Assembly: GCA_965219995.1 (NCBI GenBank)
Contig: CBDCOX010000002.1
Coordinates: 704,001-768,000, forward strand
Length of the DNA stretch: 64,000 nucleotides
Source: Candidatus Latescibacterota bacterium
Lineage (GTDB): Bacteria > Latescibacterota > UBA2968 > GCA-2709665
Reading direction: 5' to 3'
Below are positions 46,068 through 55,741 of the stretch, piece after piece; the first letter of the stretch is position 1, and each line of letters opens with the position of its first letter. The notes below the pieces were generated by a model. That model saw only the letters and a program-made list of their open reading frames with translations, was not told where the DNA came from and searched no databases. The position numbers and the translations under genes are program-made.

Positions 46068-47705
46068 ATGTCGACGGCCGCGCGTGAACGAGTCTCTCAC
46101 GGCCGGGGTGCCGCCCCGCAATGGAAAGGAAACCGAGTGAAAGGCATGGTGACCGCCCCGCAGCCGCTGGCGGTGGACGCGGGCGTAAAGGTACTTGCCG
46201 ATGGCGGAAATGCCGTCGACGCGGCCGTAGCGGCGGCGTTCGTTCAGATGGTGGCAACGCCGCGCAGCTGTGGTGTGGGCGGCTTTGGCATGATGTATAT
46301 CCATACGCCCCAATCGGATACGATTCTGGATTTTCACGGCAAGGCCGGCGCTCGCGTGCGACCCGACATGTGGGAAGCTGAGATCGTCCGGGAGAACGCC
46401 ACCGGGTACGGATACACGCTCAGGGGGCGCGTCAATGAAGTCGGTTACGGCGCGGTTACAACGCCCGGTACAGTAGCCGGTTTATACATGGCCCAGACGG
46501 ATTTCGGGAGCATGCCGTGGCGGGACGCGCTCCAGCCCGGCATCGCGGTTGCAACCGAAGGTTACGAGGTGACCCGGGCGGAGGCGGCGTCCTGGAAACG
46601 GATCCCGACTCCGGAGACGACACCGTGGATCACCGTGGCGACGTCGCCCCACGAGGGTGGGGGTGAGTTTATCGCCAACCCGGATATGGCCCGGACATTC
46701 TCAATCCTGGCCGAAGGCGGGGAAGAGGCCTTCTATCGCGGGGAGATGGCCAGGATAATCGCCGGCGATATGGAGCGGGGCGGCGGATTCGTGACGCTGG
46801 ATGATCTCAACCGTTACGAGGTCACGGTTACCCGGCCGCTCCAGGCCCCGTATCGTGAATATACCGTCGGCACCAACCGGCCTCCCGGCGGGGGCCTGAC
46901 CATCCTGCAGATGCTCAAGATCCTGGAGGGTTACAACCTTGCGGACCTGACGTATCTTTCGTCGGAATACGTATATATCGTATCGATGGCAATGAAGGCC
47001 GCCTGGGCGGACCGGGCGAATCTCATCGGCGATCCCGCCTTTGTGGACGTGCCGGTGGGAGAATTGCTGTGCGAAGAACGGGCGGCGGCCTGGCGCCGGC
47101 GCATCGACGCCCGGGAGAAGATCGCGATCCCGCGTTGGCAGCCGCAGGAGCCACCCTGTACCACGCACATCTCCGTTGTGGACCAGTGGCGTAACGTCGT
47201 GGGTCTCACCCACTCGCTGGGATCGGGTTCGGATGTGGTTACCCCCGGGTTGGGCTTCATGTACAATAACTGTATGAACTGTTTCAATCCGGTGCCAGAG
47301 CAGGTGAATTCGATCGATCCGGGCAAGTCAAGAACGACGGGAATGGCGCCGACGCTCGTAAAACTGGGCGACGACCCCTTCTTCAGCGTGGGCGCACCCG
47401 GGGGAACGCGGATCGTAACCGGGATTCTTCACGCGATTCTGAACGTCATCGACAAGGGCATGTCGGCCACCGAGGCGATTGCGGCCCCCAGGTTCGATTG
47501 CCAGAGCGATGTGATCGTCGCCCATTCCAGAATCGCGCCGTCCGCGTGTGATGGCGTCAGGGCAATGGGTCACGAGGTCCAATCCCTGCTGAACGGTTAT
47601 GGCGGAATTGCGTCGGTTCACGGCATCATTCTCGATCCGGAAACGGGGACCCTGGACGGGGGAGCCGATCCCGGTTCGCCCGGAATGGCAATGGCCGTGC
47701 AATAG
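46068..47705 (+). CDS. Gamma-glutamyltransferase-family Ntn hydrolase
   Basis: GGNAVDAAVA, TPGTVAG, FYRGE.A, TTHISVVD autoproteolytic Thr, GAPGGTRI; start may be GTG 46137; no signal peptide. Confidence 0.85.
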   Translation: MSTAARERVSHGRGAAPQWKGNRVKGMVTAPQPLAVDAGVKVLADGGNAVDAAVAAAFVQMVATPRSCGVGGFGMMYIHTPQSDTILDFHGKAGARVRPDMWEAEIVRENATGYGYTLRGRVNEVGYGAVTTPGTVAGLYMAQTDFGSMPWRDALQPGIAVATEGYEVTRAEAASWKRIPTPETTPWITVATSPHEGGGEFIANPDMARTFSILAEGGEEAFYRGEMARIIAGDMERGGGFVTLDDLNRYEVTVTRPLQAPYREYTVGTNRPPGGGLTILQMLKILEGYNLADLTYLSSEYVYIVSMAMKAAWADRANLIGDPAFVDVPVGELLCEERAAAWRRRIDAREKIAIPRWQPQEPPCTTHISVVDQWRNVVGLTHSLGSGSDVVTPGLGFMYNNCMNCFNPVPEQVNSIDPGKSRTTGMAPTLVKLGDDPFFSVGAPGGTRIVTGILHAILNVIDKGMSATEAIAAPRFDCQSDVIVAHSRIAPSACDGVRAMGHEVQSLLNGYGGIASVHGIILDPETGTLDGGADPGSPGMAMAVQ

Positions 47706-47841
47706 GTATCGGAACTGGCTCAAGCCGTGTCCCGGCCGGCTTTCATCCGCGGCGCGACGCGATGGAATTCACAATGATTCAGAAAGATCATGTCGTTTGT
47801 CCCCGTTAATAAGGTCAGGTAGAACCTGGAAAGGAAACGAG

Positions 47842-49053
47842 ATGTTCGAAACGCTTGAGATGGCACCCGCGGACCCCATTCTGGGATTGACCGCGGCATA
47901 CAACGAAGATACCCACCCCCATCGAATCAATCTCGGCGTCGGCGTCTATAAAGACGGAGACGGCAGTACCCCGGTTTTTGACTCAGTGCAGCAGGCGGAA
48001 GCCCGGATCCTGGATCGACAGACCACGAAGGATTACCTGGAAATTTCGGGCGGACCCGAATATGCGGCGGCGGTACAGGCCCTCTTGTTCGGTCCGGATC
48101 ACGAGATCGTTTCCGACAAGCGGGCGGCGACTGTACAGGCCCCGGGCGGGACCGGGGGACTTCGCATTGCCGGTGATTTCGTCCACAAGCTGTATCCGGA
48201 TGCAAGGATCTGGCTGAGCGATCCGACGTGGGCGAATCATGCCAACGTCTACCGGCACGCGGGTGTGGCGGTGGAGACGTATCCCTATTTCGACGAGGCG
48301 GCGAACGGTCTGGATTTCGCCGCCATGCTGGAGGCCCTGAACGGGATTCCCGCGGGAGACGTCGTACTGTTGCACGGATGTTGTCACAACCCGACGGGTA
48401 TCGATCCCACCCCGGAACAATGGGCGCAGATCGCCGACGCGGCCGGCGCGCGCGGCTGGATCCCGCTTGTGGATCTCGCCTATCAGGGCCTCGGGGACGG
48501 GATCGAGCGTGACAGCGCGGGATTGAGGTCGCTGTGCCGGCCGGGCGCCGAGTTGATGGTCTCCAGCTCGTATTCGAAGAACTTCGGCCTTTACAACGAG
48601 CGCGTCGGCGCGCTGACGCTTGTCGCGTCGTCTTCCAGGGCGGCGCGTGCGTTGATGAGCCAGGTGATGATCTGTATCCGGGCCAACTATTCGAATCCGC
48701 CGGCGCACGGCGCGGCCATTGTGACCGAGGTACTCAACGATTCGGGCCTTCGCAGCCGGTGGGAAGGCGAGGTGAAGCAGATGCGGAACCGGATCAACCG
48801 GATGCGGGCGTTATTTGTGGATACCCTCGAGCGGAAGGGGGTGCGGCGCGATTTTTCATTCATCGCCAGGCAGCGGGGGATGTTTTCGTTTTCGGGGCTG
48901 AATGCCGAACAGGTGGACGCCCTCCGGGAAAACTATTCAATTTACATGGTGGGTTCAGGGCGGATAAACGTGGCGGGCATTACCGAGGCGAACGTCGACT
49001 ATCTTTGCGAGTCGATTGCCGCGGTACTGGAGGCGGCGTCACACCGCGGGTGA
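47842..49053 (+). CDS. aspC: Aspartate/aromatic amino acid aminotransferase (AspC/TyrB)
   Basis: APADPILGL, INLGVGVY, GGTGGLR, LHGCCHNPTG, DLAYQG, SYSKNFGLYNERVG, GRINVAG. Confidence 0.9.
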   Translation: MFETLEMAPADPILGLTAAYNEDTHPHRINLGVGVYKDGDGSTPVFDSVQQAEARILDRQTTKDYLEISGGPEYAAAVQALLFGPDHEIVSDKRAATVQAPGGTGGLRIAGDFVHKLYPDARIWLSDPTWANHANVYRHAGVAVETYPYFDEAANGLDFAAMLEALNGIPAGDVVLLHGCCHNPTGIDPTPEQWAQIADAAGARGWIPLVDLAYQGLGDGIERDSAGLRSLCRPGAELMVSSSYSKNFGLYNERVGALTLVASSSRAARALMSQVMICIRANYSNPPAHGAAIVTEVLNDSGLRSRWEGEVKQMRNRINRMRALFVDTLERKGVRRDFSFIARQRGMFSFSGLNAEQVDALRENYSIYMVGSGRINVAGITEANVDYLCESIAAVLEAASHRG

Positions 49054-49060
49054 GTAAACG

Positions 49061-50563
49061 ATGGGCCATTCGCTGTTCTGGGGAGACCTGCACGCGCACT
49101 GTGCGGTCAGCTATGGATACGGCAGTCTGGAGCGGGCCTTCAGACTGGCGAGCGAGCATCTGGATTTCTGTTCGGTGGTGGGGCATGCGACGTGGCACGA
49201 CATGCCGGTCGATCGGAAGCGGCACGGCTTCATCATCGACTACCATACGGAAGGGTTCGCCAGGCTGAAGCGAAACTGGAAGCATGTGCAGGAAACGGTC
49301 AGACGCTACAATCAGCCGGGGCGGTTTGTTTCTATTCTCGGTTACGAGTGGCACTCGTGCGCCTACGGCGACCATAACGTCTATTATCCGGGCGATGACG
49401 GCGAAATTGTCGAGCGCGACAGCCTGGAGGAACTGGACGAGGCGTTCGACGGACGGGACGTCATGGTCCACCCCCACCACATAGGCTACGGTGAAGGCTT
49501 CAGGGGGATAAACTGGTCTCACTTCGACGCACGCCGGTCTCCGGCGGTCGAAATACTGTCCGGCCACGGGGGGTCGGAGCGGGACGGCGGCCCCTACCCC
49601 ATGTATCATACCATGGGTCCCAGACAGTACCGGGGCACGGTCGCGTACGGACTCGCGCTCGGGCACAGATTCGGATTCCTGGGAGGCACGGACCATCACG
49701 GGGGGTATCCCGGACATTACGGCGAGGGAAGAACCGGCGTGTACGCGAGGGCACTCACTCGCGAAGCCATCTGGGACGCGATTCGCGCCAGACGATGTTA
49801 TGCGGTAACGGGGGATCGCATCGTGCTGTGCTTTGCCATAAACGATGTGAATATGGGGGAGGAAACGACCGGTACCGGCGCCCGGGAAATCAGGGTGTCC
49901 GCGAGCGGCGCCGACGCACTGGACCGGATCGAGGTGGTGAAGAACAACCGGCCGCTGAAGCGGGTGTTCGGACCCGCGCCTTCGGTGGCGCCGCCCGATC
50001 CCGTCCGGGCGAAGGTGCGGGTGGAATGGGGTTGGGGCGACAAAGACGAATGGGTGCGATGGGACGCGGCCGTGCGGCTTTCCGATGGACGGCTGGTTTC
50101 GGTCGAACCCTGCTTCACGGGCGACCCCGTGCTGGCGCCTTCGGCGGACGGCGCGGTATCGACGACTGGCGAGGAACCCGTTCACGGTATCGTGGCGCAG
50201 GATGAACGGCACGTGGCGTGGTTCTCCCATACCCGCGGCAATGCCCATCCGTACCTGCGCGGGACGAACGCACTGATTCTGGAACTGGACGCCCCGCACG
50301 CCGCGGCTTTGAAATTCAGCATCAACGGCACGACCTGTCGATATCTGCTTTCGGACCTCCTGGTGGGTTCCAGGAGCGAGTTCATCCGGGGATGGCGGTC
50401 GGAGGCAATGCTCGTGCACCGCGCGGTACCCGCAGGGCAATTGCAGACGGAGGTTGCGTTTGAAGACGCCGGGCCGGAGCGCGAGACCGATTTCTACTAT
50501 GTCCGCGTGGCGCAGGAGAATGGCCAGTGGGCCTGGTCCAGCCCCATCTGGGTGTCGGGCTGA
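49061..50563 (+). CDS. DUF3604 / PHP-like metallohydrolase
   Basis: WGDLHAH, GYEW, DHNVY, HPHH, VEILSGHG, GGTDHH, AIRARRCYA, YYVRVAQ..G.WAWSSPIW. Confidence 0.8.
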   Translation: MGHSLFWGDLHAHCAVSYGYGSLERAFRLASEHLDFCSVVGHATWHDMPVDRKRHGFIIDYHTEGFARLKRNWKHVQETVRRYNQPGRFVSILGYEWHSCAYGDHNVYYPGDDGEIVERDSLEELDEAFDGRDVMVHPHHIGYGEGFRGINWSHFDARRSPAVEILSGHGGSERDGGPYPMYHTMGPRQYRGTVAYGLALGHRFGFLGGTDHHGGYPGHYGEGRTGVYARALTREAIWDAIRARRCYAVTGDRIVLCFAINDVNMGEETTGTGAREIRVSASGADALDRIEVVKNNRPLKRVFGPAPSVAPPDPVRAKVRVEWGWGDKDEWVRWDAAVRLSDGRLVSVEPCFTGDPVLAPSADGAVSTTGEEPVHGIVAQDERHVAWFSHTRGNAHPYLRGTNALILELDAPHAAALKFSINGTTCRYLLSDLLVGSRSEFIRGWRSEAMLVHRAVPAGQLQTEVAFEDAGPERETDFYYVRVAQENGQWAWSSPIWVSG

Positions 50564-50679
50564 TTGCGGAAGAATCGGAAGGCGAACGCGGCGTGTCGGC
50601 GGAAACAGTCGAGGCGGAGTCAACCCGCAGGTGTTTCGGTCGAACGCTGCCGATGCATTGCCAGGAATGGAGGACCATC

Positions 50680-51453
50680 ATGGTGCTGAAAGACCGCGTG
50701 GCCATCGTGACGGGCGGGAGTTCGGGAATCGGCCGAGGGGTGGCCCTCGAATTCGCAAAAGAAGGCGCGGCGGTCGTGGTGGCAGACGTCCGGGAAGCGC
50801 CGAAGCAGGGCAAATATCACGAGCAGGAGGTCCGGACGTCCACCATCGAAGAGATACGGGAACTGGGAGGTGAAGGGATTTTCGTTGAAACCGACGTGGG
50901 CGACGCAGCCTCGGTCCGGGCTCTGGTGGACGAGACGGTCGGCGCCTATGGCGGGCTGGACATTCTGGTGAACAACGCCGGCATCCATATTCCCGGGGAC
51001 AGCCAGACACTGACGCTGGAGGCGTGGGACCGGGTGATGGGCGTCAATATCCGCGGCGTCTTCGTTGCGTCGAGCGCAGCGATCCCGCACCTGAAGCGGT
51101 CTCCGGCCGGGAGGATCATCAACATCGCGTCGGTGCATTCGTTTGGTGGGGGCGGGGGTCCCGCGTACGCGCCGGCCAAGGCCGGTGTGGTCAACCTGAC
51201 GCGCGACCTGGCGATGGAAGTGGCTCCCGAGGGCGTTACGGTGAACGCAGTCTGTCCGGGCTACATCGAGACCGCCATCCAGGACTATCTGACGGAGGAA
51301 CAGATCCGGGATGCGCTGGAAAAGACGCCGCTTCCCCGATTCGGACTGCCCAGGGATATCGGCCGGGCGTGCGTCTTCCTTGCGTCCTCTGACGCGGAGT
51401 GGATCACGGGAGTGGCGTTGCCGGTGGACGGCGGCTGGCTGGCGCCCGTTTGA
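50680..51453 (+). CDS. SDR-family oxidoreductase
   Basis: TGGSSGIG, LVNNAG, NIASV, YAPAK, PVDGG. Confidence 0.9.
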   Translation: MVLKDRVAIVTGGSSGIGRGVALEFAKEGAAVVVADVREAPKQGKYHEQEVRTSTIEEIRELGGEGIFVETDVGDAASVRALVDETVGAYGGLDILVNNAGIHIPGDSQTLTLEAWDRVMGVNIRGVFVASSAAIPHLKRSPAGRIINIASVHSFGGGGGPAYAPAKAGVVNLTRDLAMEVAPEGVTVNAVCPGYIETAIQDYLTEEQIRDALEKTPLPRFGLPRDIGRACVFLASSDAEWITGVALPVDGGWLAPV

Positions 51454-51521
51454 AACGAGTTGTCAATGGTTCGCCCTGCGGAAAGGCTGCACGCCCACAG
51501 GGCCCGTAATTTGGGGCGACG

Positions 51522-52589
51522 ATGGAAATCCGGGCTGTCCGCGAGGACGAAATCGAGGAGACGCTTGAACTGCAGCGGCTGGTATTCCGGCCGGACGAGG
51601 GGGAAGGAGCGCTCGATCGGTACCGTTCGTACGTACGGGACGACCCGAGCTACCGTCCGGAACAGTCGCGGGTTCTCGTCGAAGACGGGCGAATCGTTGC
51701 GCATCTGCGGGTCTGGGATCGGGAAATCCGCGTACGGGGCGCCTTGTTTCGAGCCGGCGGAATCGGCAGCGTGCTGACCCACCCCGATTTCCGGGGCAGG
51801 GGATACGCGCGCGCCCTGATGCGGAATACCGAGAAGGTTCTGCTTGGCGCCGGGTACGACGTGGGGCTCCTGTTTTCGATTATCGGCACACCGTTTTACG
51901 AAGCGCTTGGCTGGACGCCCGTCCCGCTGCCGACGTTTACCGTGGACATGAAGTCGGAGCCCGGCGACCGTCTGCCAACCGGTGTGCGCGCCCTGCATAT
52001 GGACCGGGACCTGGATGCCGTGATGGCAATTTACGCACAATGTTCCGGTTGCCTGACCGGTCCGGAGTCCCGGCCGAGAGAGTACTGGAGCGCCGGCCCC
52101 TCGAGGCTGCGGGGCGTTTTCCCGGCGTGGGGCGTGGGGCGGGGTTCGGACTTGCGGGGCTACGCGACCTTCGACGCGTCCGCCGATCGGATCTGGGTAA
52201 AAGAGGGATGCGTTGAGCCGGCGCACGAGGATGCATTCGACGACCTGGCAACGTGGATCTGCCGGTGCGCCCGCCGGCGCGGAGCGACGCGGGTAGAGGG
52301 CAGTCTCCCCGCGGGCAACGGATTGGTGAGCGCGTTCGAACGGGTCTGTGGTTCCGCCGCAAGGTGGAACAGCCACGATGAAATGATGTTGAAGGGGATC
52401 AACTGGCGCACGATCGGCGACAGGTTGAACGCGGATCCGCCACGAGGTTTCCCGCCTGCGGACGAGGGCGCATTCTGGCGCGCGTTGTACGGTCAGGACG
52501 TGGAAGGCCTGGATGAGTCGCTGGCGGGATGGATGGCCTCGCTGCCGAAGTGCGAAGGACCCTTCTACTGGTGGAGCGATATATTTTAG
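51522..52589 (+). CDS. GNAT-family N-acetyltransferase (Eis-like, tandem GNAT)
   Basis: GGIGSVLTHPDFRGRGYA, FYEALGW. Confidence 0.85.
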   Translation: MEIRAVREDEIEETLELQRLVFRPDEGEGALDRYRSYVRDDPSYRPEQSRVLVEDGRIVAHLRVWDREIRVRGALFRAGGIGSVLTHPDFRGRGYARALMRNTEKVLLGAGYDVGLLFSIIGTPFYEALGWTPVPLPTFTVDMKSEPGDRLPTGVRALHMDRDLDAVMAIYAQCSGCLTGPESRPREYWSAGPSRLRGVFPAWGVGRGSDLRGYATFDASADRIWVKEGCVEPAHEDAFDDLATWICRCARRRGATRVEGSLPAGNGLVSAFERVCGSAARWNSHDEMMLKGINWRTIGDRLNADPPRGFPPADEGAFWRALYGQDVEGLDESLAGWMASLPKCEGPFYWWSDIF

Positions 52590-54421
52590 GCGATGCGCGA
52601 TTCGGCCTCGTCCACCATACCTTCCAGAATCTGCGACGCAAGCCGGTCGATTGCGGTTTTCGTGGCCTGCAGGTTGGTTCCGCACAGGCGGGGATGGTCC
52701 ACCGATCCGGCGGAGACGTAGTATTTGATCTTGGGTTCTGTTCCCGACGGTCTTGCGGTAACGCGAGTATGGCCGGCGGAGGTGAACGTGAAGGCGATGA
52801 CGTCGCCCTTTGCACCCCCGATCGTCCGGGTGGTCCCCGTGTGCGGATTCAGCGCACTTCCTTCCCTTCTGTCGATGATCTCCACGACTTCGCGGCCGCC
52901 TATCTTTCGCGGTGGACGATTCCGCAGGGATTCCATAATGCGAACGATGTCCCGGCTCCCCCGTGCACCGGCCCTGGACACGGACCGCTGGATCTCCCTG
53001 AAGTAGCCGTATTCCTCATAGATATCATCCAGGTATTCCCGCAATGTGCGCCCACGGGTTTTGAGGTGGGCGGCGCATTCGCACAGAAGGACGGCGGCAG
53101 CGGCCGCGTCCTTGTCTCTGGTGAACGAACCGGCCAGATAGCCGTGGCTTTCTTCGGCGCCGAACAGGAATTCGGACCCGGGCGGAAGATCGGCGATGAC
53201 CCTGCCGATGTATTTGAAGCCGACCAGCAGGTCGTCCGCCACCCTGGCGCCAAAGGCGCGTGCAATGATGGACGTCAGGTCCGTTGTGACGATTGTTTTC
53301 GCGACAATCCCGTCCGCCGGCAGTTTCCGGCGGTTCTTTTTTGCCTGCAAGAGGTAGTGGCAGAGAACAACGGCGATCTGATTGCCATTGAGCGCAAGCT
53401 CTTCGAGGGGCGCGTCCCACCCGGCGCGGGAGTCCGGAACGGCGCAACCGAGCCGGTCGGCATCCGGGTCGCTGGCGATGACTATATCGGCGTCGGTCCG
53501 GGCGGCTTTTTGTACGGCCAGAGCCAGGGAGCGGGGATCTTCCGGGTTGGCGACGCCTTCGGGTACCGTGGGGAAGTTGCCGTCGGGTTGCGCCTGCGAA
53601 GGCACCATATGGAGGTCTGCGTAGCCGAGGACTTCGAGCACCGGCAATATCGACGTCGCCCCAACGCCGTGGAGAGGCGTGTAGACCACCCGGACGTTTC
53701 GTTCCGTTCCCAGGGAAAGGTTGGCCAGCTCACGTTGGTAGCGGGTGTCGACGGCACGGTCGAGTGTTTCGATGAGACCCTGTTCGACCGCCCGGTTGAA
53801 GTCGAGTCTTTCTATCGTGCGTACCGAGTTGACTTCCGCGGTAATATTTCTGTCGTGAGGGGGTACGATCTGGCCGCCGTCGGACCAGTACACCTTGATT
53901 CCGTTGTCGCCAGGCGGGTTGTGGCTTGCGCTGATCACCACGCCGGCGACCGCGTTGGTCAGCCGGACCGCGAAGGAAAGTTGGGGGGAAGACCGGCAGG
54001 ACTCGAAGATTCTGGCGCGGATCCCGTTTCCGGCGAGAATGGCCGCCACCTCGCCGGCGAAACCCTTTGAATTGTTGCGAGTGTCATATGCGATGACTGC
54101 GCCGCGCCGCGGAGCATCGGTACCGGATTCGAGGAGGTATTGTGCGATGCCCTGTGCGGCTTCGCCGACGGTCCGCAGGTTGATGCGGTTCGGGCCCGGC
54201 CCCATGGCGCCGCGCATGCCGCCGGTGCCGAATGCGATCCGGGCGCGAAATGCGTCTTCCAGTTCGTCCAGGTCTCCAGCCTGCATCAGGGTTCGGATTT
54301 CCTCGACGAACGCGGCGTAACCCGGATCGGTAAGCCAGAGTGCGGCGTTCTCTCCGGCGGCTTTGGAAAGTCCGCCCTCGTCGACCCAGACCTGGATTTG
54401 TCTGATCGGGTCCATTGCCAT
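52586..54421 (-). CDS. pgm: Phosphoglucomutase/phosphomannomutase (phospho-sugar mutase)
   Basis: FGTGGMRG, SASHNP phosphoserine motif, DPDADR, GAEESHG, RPSGTEPKIKYY. Confidence 0.9.
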   Translation of the reverse strand: MAMDPIRQIQVWVDEGGLSKAAGENAALWLTDPGYAAFVEEIRTLMQAGDLDELEDAFRARIAFGTGGMRGAMGPGPNRINLRTVGEAAQGIAQYLLESGTDAPRRGAVIAYDTRNNSKGFAGEVAAILAGNGIRARIFESCRSSPQLSFAVRLTNAVAGVVISASHNPPGDNGIKVYWSDGGQIVPPHDRNITAEVNSVRTIERLDFNRAVEQGLIETLDRAVDTRYQRELANLSLGTERNVRVVYTPLHGVGATSILPVLEVLGYADLHMVPSQAQPDGNFPTVPEGVANPEDPRSLALAVQKAARTDADIVIASDPDADRLGCAVPDSRAGWDAPLEELALNGNQIAVVLCHYLLQAKKNRRKLPADGIVAKTIVTTDLTSIIARAFGARVADDLLVGFKYIGRVIADLPPGSEFLFGAEESHGYLAGSFTRDKDAAAAAVLLCECAAHLKTRGRTLREYLDDIYEEYGYFREIQRSVSRAGARGSRDIVRIMESLRNRPPRKIGGREVVEIIDRREGSALNPHTGTTRTIGGAKGDVIAFTFTSAGHTRVTARPSGTEPKIKYYVSAGSVDHPRLCGTNLQATKTAIDRLASQILEGMVDEAESRIA

Positions 54422-54556
54422 TCTTTGCTCAGTTGCGCTCCTGCTGAATACACGCCGGCAACGTCGAGTACGGTAAGGAAGAGCCCCCGTGCGAAGATGC
54501 CGATACCGCGTTTTCTAATATATCCTTTGTGAAGCTGCGATCAACAGATAAATCGC

Positions 54557-54586
54557 TTGACTTTCGGAAGGCATTGTGCATATTGT
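54557..54586 (+). promoter_or_regulatory. Putative sigma-70 promoter for the ytfI/ytfJ-like and ATP-grasp operon
   Basis: TTGACT-18 nt-TATTGT; AAGGAG RBS before ATG 54620. Confidence 0.45.
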
Positions 54587-54619
54587 TCGTAAGTGAAACA
54601 GTTATAAGGAGTTGGTCAC

Positions 54620-55321
54620 ATGACTATACTCTGTTTATTGCTGCTTGCGCTCGCCATGATCGTTCTTCCGCCGTTCCGTCTCCGGGCGCGCGGCCACAAT
54701 GGCGGCGGGCGGGAGCCGGCGCTGGAGATACGTTTGAGACCGTGGATCGGCGTCGCCGGTTTCCGGCTTTTCTACGCTGACGGCGGCTGGCGCGCCGGCG
54801 CGCTTCTGGGCTGGTGGGCCGTGGGGGCATCGCCGTTGACGAAGGAAGAGGGTCGAAAGAAGAAACGAAGCGGCGGGGAACGCATCGGAAAGGAGCCGGC
54901 CGATCCGGACGGCTTCCCGGCAATGGTCGAACGGCTGGCGAGGGCCGGCGTCCATATCAAGAGACAGTGGGCGCCCCTGCGGCGTTCCGCGTTCCGTTTC
55001 CTGAACGGCTTTCGTCTTCGCAGCATCAAATGCAAGGTGACGTTCGGAGCATCCGATCCGGCCATCACGGGGCAGGTTTTCGGATATAGCATGGCTGCCA
55101 CGTCCCTGATCGGGATCAGGGCATTCGTAGACGTAACGCCCGATTTCACGAGACAGCGTCTGGATGGGGATGCTGAACTGGAAATCTGGATATATCCCCA
55201 CCGGTTATTATGGGCGTTCGCCTGGTTCGGGTGGCGCGTGGGGCTTACATGGATATCGGAACGACGAAGACGGGAACGCCATGTCCAGGGCGTCGTAAGT
55301 GGTGGCGCGACGAGTTGTTAA
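54620..55321 (+). CDS. DUF2953 (YtfI-like) membrane-anchored protein
   Basis: N-terminal TM; FGASDPAITG..FG, V.VTPDF; precedes a ytfJ-like gene as in the canonical pair. Confidence 0.72.
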   Translation: MTILCLLLLALAMIVLPPFRLRARGHNGGGREPALEIRLRPWIGVAGFRLFYADGGWRAGALLGWWAVGASPLTKEEGRKKKRSGGERIGKEPADPDGFPAMVERLARAGVHIKRQWAPLRRSAFRFLNGFRLRSIKCKVTFGASDPAITGQVFGYSMAATSLIGIRAFVDVTPDFTRQRLDGDAELEIWIYPHRLLWAFAWFGWRVGLTWISERRRRERHVQGVVSGGATSC

Positions 55322-55330
55322 GGAGGAATC

Positions 55331-55729
55331 ATGTCTGTCGAGGATCTCATCAAAACGGTAATGACGGAATTCCGGCAAATCGTGAAAGCGGAGACGGTCG
55401 TGGGTGAGCCGATCGACGTGGAAGGCACGGTTGTGGTACCTGTCTCCAGGATTTCGTTCGGCTTCGGCGCGGGCGGGGGTTCGGACAAGTCGGACGGTGG
55501 CGGGAGCGGCACCGGAGGCGGGGCATCCGTCGAACCCCTGGCATTTGTCGTCATTCGAGACGGAAAAGCCCAGATCCTGCCCGTTCAGGAGAAAGAGGGC
55601 TCCATAAAGGGGCTACTGGATCTGGCGCCGGACATTCTGTCGAAGGTAAGAGGGTTCAAGGAGAAGAGAGAACGCAGGAAAGCCGAAACCGACGCCGAGA
55701 CGGATTCCAACGACGATGTGAGCGCATAG
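55331..55729 (+). CDS. ytfJ: GerW/YtfJ family protein
   Basis: ETVVGEPI, VVPVSRISFGFGAGGG, GGGASVEPLAFVVI; AAGGAGG RBS. Confidence 0.88.
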   Translation: MSVEDLIKTVMTEFRQIVKAETVVGEPIDVEGTVVVPVSRISFGFGAGGGSDKSDGGGSGTGGGASVEPLAFVVIRDGKAQILPVQEKEGSIKGLLDLAPDILSKVRGFKEKRERRKAETDAETDSNDDVSA

Positions 55730-55741
55730 TCCGGGGCAGCC

